Source of the DNA: Lama glama
Lineage: Eukaryota
Direction: 5' to 3'
Assembly: GCA_028534125.1 (NCBI GenBank)
Contig: CM052816.1
Location: 96,474,001-96,534,000 of the forward strand
Length of the DNA stretch: 60,000 nucleotides
The notes under the pieces are model-generated. The model saw only the letters and a program-made list of their open reading frames with translations, made no database searches and was not told the DNA's origin. Positions 24,129 through 37,804 of the stretch are shown piece after piece (within the stretch, counting starts at the first letter, position 1; each line of letters starts with the position of its first letter). A program made the position numbers and the translations under genes.

Positions 24129-24699
24129 GAGCTAGAATTAAAAATCTGATCTTGTGTCCCAGGACAGTAAACTATAGAACAATTTATGAATATAAATGCA
24201 AGAATCTTTAAAAACCTTTAAAAATGGAATCTAGTAAGATGTTATAAGGACACCACATAAGACAAAATAATATTAATTGCAGAAGCACAAGTAGTGCAAC
24301 ATTAATAAAGCTTTTAATGTGAGACAGTATTGAGAACTTTCCCAGAGTGCATGTTCAGCCTTGCTTTTAACAGACAGTAAAAGACAAATGATGCTTCTGA
24401 CTAAGCCAAGAATATCAAGACAGTAAGAATGTGCCACTAAAATACATCCAGCCTGTATCTCCTCTTTGAAGACCTTCAGCCCCAGGACGGGACCTGGAGC
24501 GTGTGAGGCTGCTGAGCTGCAGTGCTGTGTACAAACACAAAAAGGAAAAGCGTTTGTTCTCAGCTCCGTGTTATCATATAAAAGTGCACACTGGCGCCAA
24601 GCCTAAATGAATCAGAAATAATAACTGTACCTAAATTAAATTAGAAACAACATTTAACAAACCAGTTAAAAGCAGGTGCATATACTACATATTAGCAGC

Positions 24700-24900
24700 T
24701 ATGATATTTCTCTACTCGGCGGACATGTGTTGGGCACTTTTGATTCACCAGATACTATGCTAGACACTGGGGAGGCTTTGTATATCTTTCATGGTTCCCT
24801 CAAGAAAACTAACTTTATTTGGGAGATAGATTCTGAATCAAATAATCACAGCAAGACACCCCACTGGGGGTCTGTTGAAGGTGTCATGAAGCCACAGAGG
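24700..24900 (-). mobile_element. L2 3'-end fragment
   Basis: catgtgttgggcact...ccagatactatgctagacactgggga...ttccctcaagaaaactaac. Confidence 0.6.
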
Positions 24901-27239
24901 TACAAGTAAGTTCCTGTCATTTCTTCTCTTTGCTGTGAAATGAGAGCTGTATTTCAGCATCCTTGTATTGAAACGACATTGGAGCCCCTTTTAACAATTT
25001 CCCAAGGGGACTAGGACTTGAAATGGCAGCACTAGACAGATGAGCTGAGCACACGAATTTTCTCAGTATGTTTTTTTTCTCTAAAGTCCTTGGCTTTTCC
25101 AACAAGAGTAGTCAAGGGTCACAAAAGTGTAATTAATGTCAAATATCTTCATTCAAAATGACAAGCGACAAAAACAAAGTTGGATAAGAAGTCAGGGAAA
25201 ATGACAGGTTATTGTCCAGCACTTAAAATCCAGTTTTTCCCCATAAGAATATATAGCTCTTGTCTCAAGCTTGTTGGCTTCTAGTGAGTCGAAATATATA
25301 AAGCTTAGACAAGACAATCATTGGTTTCCATGTACTATTATGTTATAAGAAGATCATGAGAATACACTGGATTAAGTGTTAGTATCTATTTTACAAACTA
25401 TTGTAATAATTCTCAGAACTTCACTAGGGTCTCAGTTCTAAATCCCACAATAAAACCCCATTTCCTATTCTTATTGATGATTCTTACATGCAATTGATTC
25501 AAACTATATGAAATTATCTCCTCAGCAAGGCAAATGAATATGTAGTTGGGTGAACTTGCTCAGGAGTAATTTAAGGAACACCAGTAGCATGCTGGAACTC
25601 TCTAGACTAACAGGTTGTGAGGCATGGAGGTGTTTGGGAGAGGCAGGACACCCACCCCACCCCTAGAGGGATGTGGAAAGGCGTTAGGAGGTGGAGTTTT
25701 AGATCAGCCTGGATGTGAAGCTTATGACGATGGCCCAGACAAATACAGGAACAAAGTCTCTAAGACGACGAGCTGGCAGCTGAAGAGACAGTTCACATGT
25801 GAACGCTGTGCCTCAGACACTCAGACAGGTGCTAAGTCAATACTTGTTAATTGACTGAATGGGATGCAGTTCAAACAAAAACCACTTGCAAGTGCATTTA
25901 GTGAAACACGATTTGCTTATTGGCAAGGCAGTCCAAGAGGAATTCTTTGGATTTGATAGCTCCAGTAGTAAACCCACTATCAAATCAAAGCACTAAACTC
26001 TCAAGCTAGATTGACAAGACAGTTCTCAGATTTCTGTGCTCACTTCAGCAGCCCATACATTAAAATTCTCAGGTTTCTTTCCATTAATTAAAAAGAAAAT
26101 GTTGAGAAGAGTTATAGATTTCAAATTAAGCCATAAGCACCTCAAAGTCTTCAGACTCCAAGATTCACATAATAAACAAGACACAAAGTTAATAGCGTGC
26201 TATTTGCAGTGTAATCCATGAAAAACCATCTTGGGCATGGATTTCATGAATTTCAGGGTGTTAATTTAACTTTCCTCTTGGCATAAAATATTTGAAATGG
26301 GATGAATAACTTAAGTGGATAATACTGTTTTGAGTGATTTAAGTCACTTTATTTTAATGTCAGATTTAATGCATTAATAAAGTATTTGTGGCAGGAGCAT
26401 GTGGAGAGAAAAATCGTAGCAAATCACGAGCAATTTACAATATTGTTACTGAAAACCTTATTACCGCCACTACCAGAATACCCATTTTAAGTACTTCATA
26501 TTTCACTAAGATGCTGAAGTGCACAATAAGCTGTTTATTGGGAAATCAACGGCCATTAAAGAAAATTAATTTCTATGAGTTGTTGACAACTCATAACTAT
26601 TTAATAGTCCAATCACTATAAACTTTATGCCCTGCATATAGATAGGTATGAATATTTTAATAAATCTTATAAATAAACATGCAACTTTAGGAATAAATCA
26701 GTTTGGTAGGGTAGTTGACACATTAAACTATTAATGGTCCAAATGTATTCAAAGTCACTGGTGATAAACCTTCTTATTACTGGATGTGACCAATAGTCTG
26801 CTAACAAAAGGGTGTGCAATCTCACTCAGTGATGCTGTGGACCATCTTTAGTTCATTACCATTTCTGGCAGCGTTGACACTTGAGGTCTGACTTTCCTAA
26901 AAAAAAAGAAAAAGAAGAGTTTAAATTTACCAAAAGAATGATTTGTTAAATCATAATTTTATATGGCTACGTTTATAAACCTAGATGCAGGTTTATGAAC
27001 CTAGATCTATTATAGGCAGAGAATAATATTAATATTATAATTAATTAATATAGTAATATTCTCTGCCTATAATAAGATGAAATTATTTTTCAGGAAACTT
27101 AATATTGTCCAAACATACCTTTTATCTAATTATCCTTTTAAGGTTATTAGTGAATAAAAAATTTATGTTTTCAACATTGTATTCATTTTCACTCTAAAAA
27201 CTTGTCTTTATTTCATGAACTTTGGCGTCCAACGTAAGG

Positions 27240-27539
27240 GAGTGTACTAGTAGCAGGCTTCCTACTATAAACATTCAGGAATGTTGATGTGATGGGCACG
27301 GGGACTGCCATGCTGGTACATGAGGTGTTCTTATGGTTGGAAGTTTTATGCGGAAAGTGGAAAAATAGATAGAAGATTTACCTACATTAGAGCACTAACA
27401 ACTTGGTGGAGCTGATTCCTGAGCCCTGGAGAGTCAACTTCCACTGCCCTTTTATGTGATGCAATGAATCCTTATGAGTACAGACATCTGAAGTCAGGTT
27501 TCTGTTACTAGGAGCTGAACTTAAATCCTAATTGATATA
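27240..27539 (+). mobile_element. old MLT1 LTR fragment
   Basis: 3' end gaagtcaggtttctgttactaggagctgaacttaaatcctaattgatata. Confidence 0.6.
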
Positions 27540-29356
27540 GAAAGGTCAGAACTCTGCATATAGAAATTCATATAAAATATGATCATGAATGAGATGAGTT
27601 AAAGACATTTTCAGTTAGGAAAGAAAAGAGGGAAATTGGAAGCTAATCAAATGAATCTTTGTAAATCACTAGCATAATGTGGCCATAAGTTGCTGAAGTC
27701 ATCAAACTACAATATTACCTTGTTGAACATAAAATATTATGACCCAAAAACCTTGAATAAGTGTCCCTAAAAATAATCTTCACCCTGTATTACAGAATGT
27801 AATGGATGTACAATACCTTTGGTAGTCAGCTGGTTTCTCTACATTGTTTTAGAATACTGTAACATATCTGGTCAAAGAAGCATCACTTACTCATTAAATG
27901 ATGACTTAAAATGTTACTTCATGAGAAAAATATATACAGAAAGTGACTTCTGCATTAATAATTCCTTATAAACATTGACTGTATTAGAGGACACTGCTCT
28001 AAATGTTTATTTTCTTATGCAAATCTATGGTATAATTATCACTCCTATAAAGAAACCCTCCAGCTCTGATCAGCGTTCAGGAATGTGGAAGGGCAATCGT
28101 TTCAGCACAGTCCCTGAAAACTAGTAAATGAGGTAGACATTGCCCCAAATTTCAAAAGCATGCAGACTAAAGAAAGATTTTCTTTCAAGTCCTAGAGAGA
28201 TATATTATTTTGTTCATTTTCTAACCTTTCTCATTTTGCCACTAAGGGGGTTTAAAGAAAGAGCAAATTTTTGTGACAGCACATAGAATGTGAAATGTTA
28301 TGAGTGAGTATCGTGTAACAGCCTACAACCTCATCTGAGTATGGAAGGCTAAGTTACAGAATACCGCTAATGAGACATTGAACAATTCATAACCCAATCA
28401 TTTACTCGTTTCAGTCATTTTTATATATTATTCTTAAATAGCATGAAGCAATTTTTAGCAAATTGCCTCAGAACAGTAATATCCACAAGCAACATTTTAG
28501 GCTGAATAATAAAGTGAGGGAAGCAGAAAAATTAATAAAATTTTATGAAGAAGATATTTGTATCTGAATACAAAGCTGGGTCTGTCATCACAGCAGGAGG
28601 AAGTATAGTTAATTTTTCTTTCTTGGCTGATTCTTCCAAATCAACTACTTCCTGTATTTAATTTTAAGTAATTGTTAAATTATAAAACTTATTTAAGAAG
28701 AAAATATTGAAAAATGTGCAGTCCCCAAAATATGTAAAATGCATTGAAACTTTAAATATATTTTTTGATAAGGAAAACTGATAGAAAATAATGGACTAAT
28801 TCACCAATGTGTTTGAGTTTCAATTTAAACATCTTCATGGTGGTTCAGTAAATACATTTACTTTGCTGTTATGAAAGCAAGATCGAACTTTGAAAAGGTG
28901 ATTTTTAAAAATATAACTAATATTTAGTTACCTTGGAAAGTAATACAGAGTAGGAATCCATTTGGATATGTGCCATTGCAAGAAATTGTTTCAGATGTCT
29001 CCCATAGGTAAAACTGCATATTTTAAAGAGTTAGAATAATAATCTAATTGGATGCTACAAGGAAAAAGTTAACTTGTGTGAAAAAGACTGCATTTAGTGT
29101 AAGTCTTGGAAGAGAAAAATCCCATTACCAGCTGTTTCAAAACACAATCATATTTTGGGGGATAATGACCCACTAATGACTAATGACTACTATTTTCATG
29201 AATCTTTCTATAGAATTTTGCATCAATAATTCACTCCTTGAAGATTTATTCACTTACATCTATTGGGCATGTTCTGTGCATATGTGTGCTTCTGGCTCCT
29301 TATTCATTAAGTAACCTGTATTTTCCTTGAAGAGTTAGGTACCTTGCAGTTTTAGT

Positions 29357-29806
29357 GTATGTTGTTTTGGTGGCTACTCTTGGCTTTAGGGGATGGGCAG
29401 GTAACCCAGGCCAAACCAATACAAGCATTGAATTCCTTGTGTTCAGTGTTTACTTCAAAGATGATGCAATCAGAGTGACTCCCAGAATTTTCTTGGAGCT
29501 ACTGTGAAAATAAGACATTCCTTCCAACTAAATTTGAATCTGAGAAAATGTTCGCTGAAGCTGCTGATGGTCCTCCCAAGGCAGGAATCAGCTTGAGATT
29601 TGAGCCAATAATGAGGAAAATAACATGAAGGGAAATCAAGAACAAAGAATATTAATACATCTTTTGAACTACTTAAGGCATCTGGGCTGAAGCAAGTCTC
29701 ACTCAGATGTCCCTATTATTTAATGAATTAAATTTCCTCCTCTGGGCTAAAAAAAAAATTGAATGAATTTTTATTGATAGGGAACTGAAACCATCTGACT
29801 AATACA
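29357..29806 (+). mobile_element. old MLT1 LTR
   Basis: ggggatgggcaggtaacccaggccaaaccaat...ccatctgactaataca. Confidence 0.75.
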
Positions 29807-29809
29807 TCT

Positions 29810-30295
29810 TGCACAACTCTTCTCTTTCCTGGCTTGATCTCTTTAATTCTAGTCTTTCCTTACCATCTCCTTTCACTGATCTCTCTTCTCCGTCTCACTG
29901 CACACTTGCTATACAACATAAATCCCCAGAATTCTATTTTTGGCTCATTGTTATTCTCTTTCTACATGCCTTCCTTGGGCAACTTTGCTCAAAATAGCAA
30001 TTTTATCCAACAGTTTGCTGATGATTCTCAAATTTATAACTTCAGCCCTTATCACTGCCTTCAGTTTGGGGGGCATACGTTTAGTTTCCTGCTGGGATAT
30101 GGCTGGGATATGGTCATTTGGATATGCTATAAGCACACACACAATATGTTTAAATCATAGTTACATCTCAGCCCTCTTTGCAATCTTTGAATCGTTTCTT
30201 GAAATCTTAGCTGATTTATTAATTTCTCCAAACCAGCAATGTTGGAAACTTCAGTGACTTGGTCTCACTATATCCTCAGTCAGTGTCAAATAGGT
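29810..30295 (+). mobile_element. L2 fragment (RT region)
   Basis: ctctttctacatgccttccttgggcaac...tttgctgatgattctcaaatttata (FADDSQIY, degenerate YADD motif, in ORF 29834-30160). Confidence 0.75.
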
Positions 30296-30304
30296 TACAT
30301 TCTA

Positions 30305-30450
30305 ACTTATTCACTGGGAGGGCTTGTTAAATAGAGTTACATGAGATCACTCCCGAAGTGTCTGAGTTAGTAGCTCTGGAGAGAGAGTTAGTGAGAATTT
30401 ACCTTTCCCACAAGTTCTCAGGTGATGTGGATGGTAATGATGCAAGCTCC
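30305..30450. mobile_element. MER5A-like hAT MITE
   Basis: cactgggagggcttgttaaa...tgagaatttacctttcccacaagttctcaggtgatg. Confidence 0.7.
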
Positions 30451-30534
30451 ATTGCTGTAACAGGATGAGGGCTCATGGGGAGAGATAAGTGAATTTTTCA
30501 TGTGGAAGAAATGTAACTTATTTATAGATAAAAT

Positions 30535-30698
30535 GTGGGCTCTAGCAGCCCAGCCCAAATTCCTGATCCAAAAATTCAAGAACAAAACAAACAAAAAAAC
30601 AAACAAACAAGCCCATACACACACAAAAAAACAGAAATGATAATTTTAAGACTCTAAGCGTGGGGTTAATTTGTTATGCAACAATAGTAACAATTGCA
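30535..30698 (+). mobile_element. MLT1 LTR 3' fragment containing an (AAAC)n run
   Basis: cccaaattcctgatcc...ttaagactctaagcgtggggttaatttgttatgcaacaatagtaac. Confidence 0.65.
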
Positions 30699-30929
30699 CT
30701 TTCCCTACTCTCTCATATGCTTCCTGAAATCACTTTCCAAATAAGCTAGCCATGAATTAGCTACCCAAGGGTAAAAAAACTTTATAAAATAAAAATTTAA
30801 AAAATCATAGAATTATTGGAAAGAATGGATCCAAAGTTAAATAGATTTAACATATGCCCAATGTTAGGGAGGATGTTGGTAATATAGAGAATAAGTTAGA
30901 GCTAGAATAGAGGCTTTTCTAATGCACAG

Positions 30930-32025
30930 TAAAATATCTTACAGTCTCAAAGTGTTTAGGAACCAAGTCCCACAAAAGGGAAATTCCTCAAACACACATC
31001 TTGTCTCTCCCCCATGATATTGGCAAATTACAATGGTGTGTGGCCCAACAATGAAGCTGGTAATTCTAAAGGGCAAAGCTGAATTTCCAATCATATTTTT
31101 TAGAGCTAAGGAGATGGATGCCCACCAGGCTCACAATTAAAATCCTAGAAACCTACACCCGGAGAACAGGAGGAAAAAACAAACAAACAAACAAACAAAA
31201 TAAAAGTGAATAATACTAAATCTCATCTCAGCTCCATATCCTGATTGAATTGAGGTTATCAGTCCTTTAACATCCTTATCTAAAAATCTTTCCTGTTGGA
31301 GAAAGCAGCACCTGGAGCCTCCACATGTTTTCCTCTATCATTCTGCTATAAAACAAAAACCAAAACTGAGACATGAAAAGACAAAAAAAAAATACATCAA
31401 ATAAAAAAAGAAAAACAGTCCAAGGAGACCCACTCATAGTTGGTTCAGACATTGGAGTTAGTACACAAGGACCTATAAAACCATTATTTACATGTTCAAG
31501 GAAATTTAGAAAAAATACATACAAGCTATAGGGAAGAATGGAGAATTGGAAATTTATAAAACTAGGCAAAGAGGTGAAAAAAATACAGTATTTGAAATTT
31601 TTAACTCTGTAAATTGGCTTAAGAGCAAATTAGACCAGTAGAAATTTATGTATATAATATATTTACTATCATATAATATATACATATATAAAACATATGT
31701 AAATAAATACATATAATAGTTAAAAAGTGAAGAAGAATGAGTAAAAGCAAAAATCAAAGTCATGGTGATGAAAATCATCAATTTACACATTAAAAACCTC
31801 AGAGAACCCCCAAAGAGGAAAACAGACTGAAAACGCCTGGGAACATCATAGTAAAACTTTTGAAAATCAAAGGAAATATAACATTTAAATTTGGTACTAC
31901 TGAAATAATAAATAAAAGGCATACGATCTTCGATCTTCACAGGAAAAACCCCAAGTCTGGGAGCTACCTTCTTAACAGAAGCATTGGAAGCCAGAAACAA
32001 TGGGTTGGCATTTCTATAGCAACAG
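30930..32025 (+). mobile_element. old L1 5'UTR/ORF1 remnant
   Basis: cagacattggagttagtacacaaggac...acatcatagtaaaacttttgaaaatcaaag...ttaacagaagcattggaagccagaaacaatgg. Confidence 0.7.
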
Positions 32026-34887
32026 AATTAAGAGTTAAGGATGTTCCTACCACACAAACACACCTGGGTCTATTCCGAGGTTAGACAAATAGTAGGGAGG
32101 GGGTGAACTGGCTCCAGAACTCCTCTGTGGGTTTGCCTGAGGATGCTCAAGAGATTAGCTGTGTTCAGTCAGGGCCCTAACAGACAGTGCTCACCAACAA
32201 GAATGCTTGTCATCCAGATTATTAAAACTGCCACGATCCCCACATGTCTCTTACCTGTTGCTTGCCTTTCTGTCTTCTTTTCCTCTTTGAATATACTCTC
32301 CCCTCTCTCTCTTGTCTTTACCAGTGGCATACTTACAAAGATGTGCCTCAATTCATAGTTATTATAGGTCACTTCTTTGTATGTAAAAAAGTAAATTCCA
32401 CCATACATAAGAACATGACTTTGCTACTAATCACTACATACATTATAAAACATAAAACAATAAAATTATATTTTTAATGTTGATTTTTATCACTACAAAA
32501 AATTATTTAATCTTAAGCAAAATTTCAGTGTTGTATGACAGGGTTTGGCATCACTAAAATAATTCACAGCATTTGAAATCTCCATTTTTCCTGCAGGTTA
32601 AATTCTTACGCTGAAAATTTCTAATGCTATTCAATACTTTTTAACATAATGTCCTTGAGAAGTTTTATATTCAATTTAATTCATAGAAAAATTGTTCCTA
32701 TATAAATACACTAAGGGACTGACAAAAATACACATCAAAAAATAAAATGCATGTGTGAGGAGGTATTAAACACTGAAGAACTTAATCAAGTGTGTATCAG
32801 TTTTTTTTTTCCCCAGTTTTAGCTTGTAGTGATTTCATGCAGACCAGAATCACATTGGTATTATCTCTGATGGAGTGCTTACAATCTGAGCTGCACATTC
32901 TGTCTAGATATTTCTGTAGACTTTCAGTCATTTGAACTGATTGCTTTAAAATGAGCTTTACTAGTTTGTTTTTATTACTATAGGATATACAAAGCTATAA
33001 TAAATGGTAAGCTACTAGTTCATTCATCTAAAAATCTGCCAAAGAACAGAAACTTGACATGTCATATTTTAGTATAACAGAATGAATTTATCATTCTAAC
33101 AGAGTGAATAACTTCATTGATGTTTTAAAAATCAACAAATGTAGGTAAAATATAGACCAACAATTTGGGGTATAAAAACATCAGTTTTTATTTATTCATC
33201 AAGACAGCGTAACTGTTTTCTTTATGATGCTACGTGATTGCATAAATGCAAGATATGTGTCCTAGTGGACAAATATCAATTTCCTGTGCTTAATCAACAG
33301 ATGCATTAACCTGTTGTAATATTCCTTTATAATATCAATTTTTTATTAATATATAATTAAGTCTTCAAAATGTTTAGTCATCTATGAGATAAACTTACAA
33401 GACTAATCATTACTGTGCACCTTCTATAATAATTGATTTTTTCCATAGTTAATTACAGAAATGGCACAGATATCTCAAATAGCAGATTTACCTTTTCCAT
33501 TGTCATGGAGACCTACTGGCAAATTAAAATATGTGCCAGTGATAGAAAATATTATCAGTTAGATTTTCAATTAAAAGAACAACATTAATCACACTCAAAT
33601 ATATATTTTATTTCCTTAATATGTCATAATCATTTTAAAATGTAGTACTTGTTCCATGACCAAAACTAACAATGTAACAGCTGATTAGGACCAGTAATGC
33701 AGTAATGCCAAGGATGCTACAGTCTGTCCTGAGAAGGTGCCTCTGTTATTGTAAGTCACAGCGGACAGTACAGGCGGGCATCTGTTCTCCCTGGAGGCAC
33801 AGTTCTGAGAGGGCTGCGGGACGCAGCTGCTCTCAGGGTGTGCACGCGTGCGCACACACACACTCACACACACACTCTTCATGTTCCCTTTTTGAAGAAC
33901 TCCACTTAATTGCTATTACTACTTTTCATTTGAGGTTTTCTTTACATACACATAAAGTGGCAAGTGCCCAGTGCTTCCCGATTTCCTGTGGGCTAAGATC
34001 ACCCCTGACATGACTATACATCAACTCCATATGTGCCACTTCCAGCCAGCATTGTGAATTGCATTTTGCAATTATATGCTTGAAAACCCCACAAATAAGA
34101 AGTTGCTTTGTAGAATTTAAAAAATAATATTACTCTAAACCTCAGACCACATGGAAATACACTTCTTCTTATCTTCTGGTTTATTCACTTTTATATCTAC
34201 TTTGCCTAAAATTTTTGGATAATGCCTCTACAAGGCAAGACCTTTTGTGCTAAGATTACTTTAGAACAAAAGAAAAATGTTTGGAGACATATGATCTGTA
34301 AAATATCTTTGTCAGAGCTGTAATTATTGCCTAGCATAGTGCAGTGTTTCTGTTAACTGTTCTCAAATTTTAAACAAATTGCAGATAATCCCTGAAGAAG
34401 CAGCTGCTAATAGTTAAATCTGTTTAGTGACAACTCAGACTACCTGAAGACATACAGTAAAACTCTTCTTCTATGCCTTTAAATGGTAATGCCTCTTTGG
34501 GGAAACACAGTGTATCTCTCTTCGTAGCTTTTTGCAGTAAACATGTATGTGACATTGCAAAAACTAAAGAAGAGTATGTGGCTAATATCAATGGTGTGGA
34601 TTTTATTTGAACTTCAATAGCACAAGGGGACAGTAGCATAAGAGAAGTCAGTCGGTGTGATGTGAATGCATAATTAAAATCCTTTTGCACAAATAAGTAT
34701 TAGCATTTTCAGTTGAGAAGAAAAGGGCTGATCAGGCACATCCGTCAGTAATTTCCACTTTTATTCATTCACAAAAATTAATGTGGCAGATATTGTTAGA
34801 TGAAGGCAAAAAAAATTTCCTGATTTTAAGAGCCTGGTTATGGAGACAGAGCAGCAAACACATTACACATTACTCAAATAATTCCTT

Positions 34888-34912
34888 TCATTCATTCATT
34901 CATTCATTCATC
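34888..34912. repeat. (TTCA)n microsatellite, probably an L2 tail
   Basis: ttcattcattcattcattcattcatc. Confidence 0.85.
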
Positions 34913-37804
34913 AAATGAGGCTTATTTAGGTAAATAAAATGTATAACATGTTCCTAGCTTAAGTAATTTCTCAAATCTCTTTCCAGACTGAATAGAAGGT
35001 GCTTCAAAAAACATAAATGTATTGATTCCCTAATTGCTTACTGAACATTACCAGTGGAAATTCAGGTAACCTCTAATGTTTCTCACAATGATGAATGCAA
35101 TCCAAAACTCTATTTTCTAGCCAAAACAATAGGCATATATTTTTATATAAAAGGCATATATTTTTAAAACTTCACATAATCATACTATACGTGATTGAGT
35201 GAAACTTGAAAGGCTCTCTATGTCCAAATAAAAATTGTATTTTATCAGCAAACTTGAGATCCTTCTTCATCACTTGATAGTGGCGGTAGTTTTCCTACAA
35301 GTTCCCAGCAATGTGACCATTCCCTTCAGGACAAGGCTCAGGGTGACTGAGTCTGCCATGGAGAAAATCTGCACATGACTTGGAAGATGACAGAGGAGAA
35401 GCCATCATCCTCAGCGCCAGCTGCAGTGGACTCCGGGGAGACACAGGGTTCACTGTGTCTTCCCCGTGAGCCCCTGAGAAGCCCCCTCCACGTGGCCACT
35501 GACCCAGACAGCTGACAGGAGATTCCTGAGAACCTCTGCAGGTTCCAGGTGAGTCTGAGAACCACCCGCCTCAGTGCATCAGGCGGACTTAGATGGTCCG
35601 GCAGGTTTCCTGAGCTTCGGGAGTTGTGTAAGATGCTGTTTCCTGTATTAAACCTTATCCCCCAAATGCCTACTGTAGCCTCTGTATCCCAGCTGACCCC
35701 CAAAATGCATCATCAAATTTCCATGGTAAGCTGCTGAAAGTTTAGGTCTTAGTCATCCCCTGCGGCATTAATCTAATTAGTAGATGTCACAGTATTTTCA
35801 GAAAATATTAAATAAAAATTTTAAATACAATGAAAATGTTCACGCTTGAAATACTCAACACGTGTTTTCTTTTAATTCTGTCCTTTACCAATACTCAACA
35901 TTAGATGATTCATATCCACATTTGAATTTCTTCAAGCCTTGTCCTTAAACCTCCTGTAAATTATTTATGCTAAGCCTGAGTCTTTAATTCATGCACACAT
36001 AGTTTAAATTCTTAACACATCCAAGCCCACTTGTCATTCCTGTATTACTATCTCTTTATTTGTGAATATGTATGAGGTAAAGCACTGAGGTAACTTTAAT
36101 ACTTAAGTAAAATCTCTCTCTTGAACAGTCTTAATTATTTTAAGAAAACTATCTTGTAAATTCATGAGACACTCCCTTGAAGTAGATAAGAATAGGGAAG
36201 AGTGGAGAGGAATTTTCAAGGAGATTTTCTCAGATCAGAGTTATGTAATCGATATGGAGAAAAATGACCTCAAAACATCAGCTAGTTTCTAAGTAACTTG
36301 CTAAGTAACTGTGTCCCAGAACAAAGCTCAGAAATATGCATAGGGATGCAATGAGAGAAGGTGTTTCTAATCATAGGTCAAAATCTTTAAAAAAAGAAAA
36401 AAGAAAAAAACAACACAGATGGACTGAAGCACAGGAAAGAAGGGGGGAGGGAAGAGGCTGCCTGACAACTGAAAAGGCAAGTAAATAGCAATATAGAAAA
36501 AACACACACAGTTAAAGACAAACAGCTTAATGGATGTTTGCAACCAATATGCCAAACACAGGGAGTGGGATGATGTGGCCTCTTAAATTCCATGCATTTA
36601 TGAAGGTGAGAATTCAGAGGAATGACTGTGAAGTTTCAGAAGCATCAGGATCCAGCCAGGCCACAGCTGTGAGAAGAGGACTGGGCTGATACAGAAAAGA
36701 CCAAAGGGAGGAGCAGGGACCCTAAGCAGTGGGTGGAGCCAAGTAGAGGGCTCCCAACAATAAACAATGTTAAATAACCTCCCAGGAATAAACAATGTTA
36801 AAAAAAAAATGTTTCCAAGTGAAATCATCTTCGCTCTGGGGAAGATCACAGAGAGTTGGAGCCTCTTTGTTTCACAGCAAACGTAGAAGGGCGCCTGGAG
36901 CCCTCTGCCCACAGCCGCCGGGGCGGGAGCACTCGGAGGGGACTCTACTCCTGGTTGCAGAGAACCTGCCAAGCACGTGAGCTGGTGGAAGCATCCCTGC
37001 CGCTGCCCAGATCTTTCTCTCCATCACTCAAAGACCAAGACCTTAGGTCCCACTTGCCTCAAAAAGATGCCCGGCCACTTCCAGGCTGCTGTATTTTTTG
37101 TCTTAAGAGTCTTTCTTTTTAGATTTTATTGTTAACCTTGTGCTTCTTACAAATAATAAATACAATGAGTGGTTTCTTTGTTCAGTTATTCACCTGGAAG
37201 GAATGTTGTGAGATTTTCATGCTGTCATGGAAAGCACTTTAGACTATTCAAATTGTACTATGTGGTAGAAGAAAGCGTCGGTCTCAATATAAGCAGATGA
37301 ACTATGAAGTTTCAGAAAATGGTGGCCTTCTCCTCCTCTAGCGGATGGTGTGAGCCTTCATAATTCTCCGGGTGTTGTTGAGTGTTGAACAAAATTTATT
37401 GAAAGCCCTCTGCTGAGGGGGAGAAAAATTATCAAAGAGCTTCAGGATAATCACAATTATTTGGTTCTTTAGAAACTGCTTATATCTGGGTACACTGTAT
37501 TTCTGAGAATTTTCAAATGTACTTAATGTGTTTCTGGCCTAATTTAGCAGCTAACAGCATTCTTGGCATACTTATATAGCAAATAATAGAAGTTTTTAGA
37601 ACTTGGAAATATTTATGTGTTTTTTAGTTTATTCCTAAAGGCAGATTTTTCCTAAATTAGTAGGAATAAAACATAACAATAAGATACAAGTCTAATCAAA
37701 AGAAAAACATTTTAAGAAGTGACATAACACATAGCCTACTTAGAATTGAATATGATAATTTTGCACATCAAACATATTTATAAGAATACAAGTCTGACCA
37801 GATG

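Noticed and set aside
33752..33772. REST/RE1-like site (cacagcggacagtac)
   Set aside because: Only the GGACAG half matches; the left half is poor
35131..35166. aggcatatattttta repeated at 21-bp spacing
   Set aside because: Ordinary short slippage duplication in AT-rich DNA
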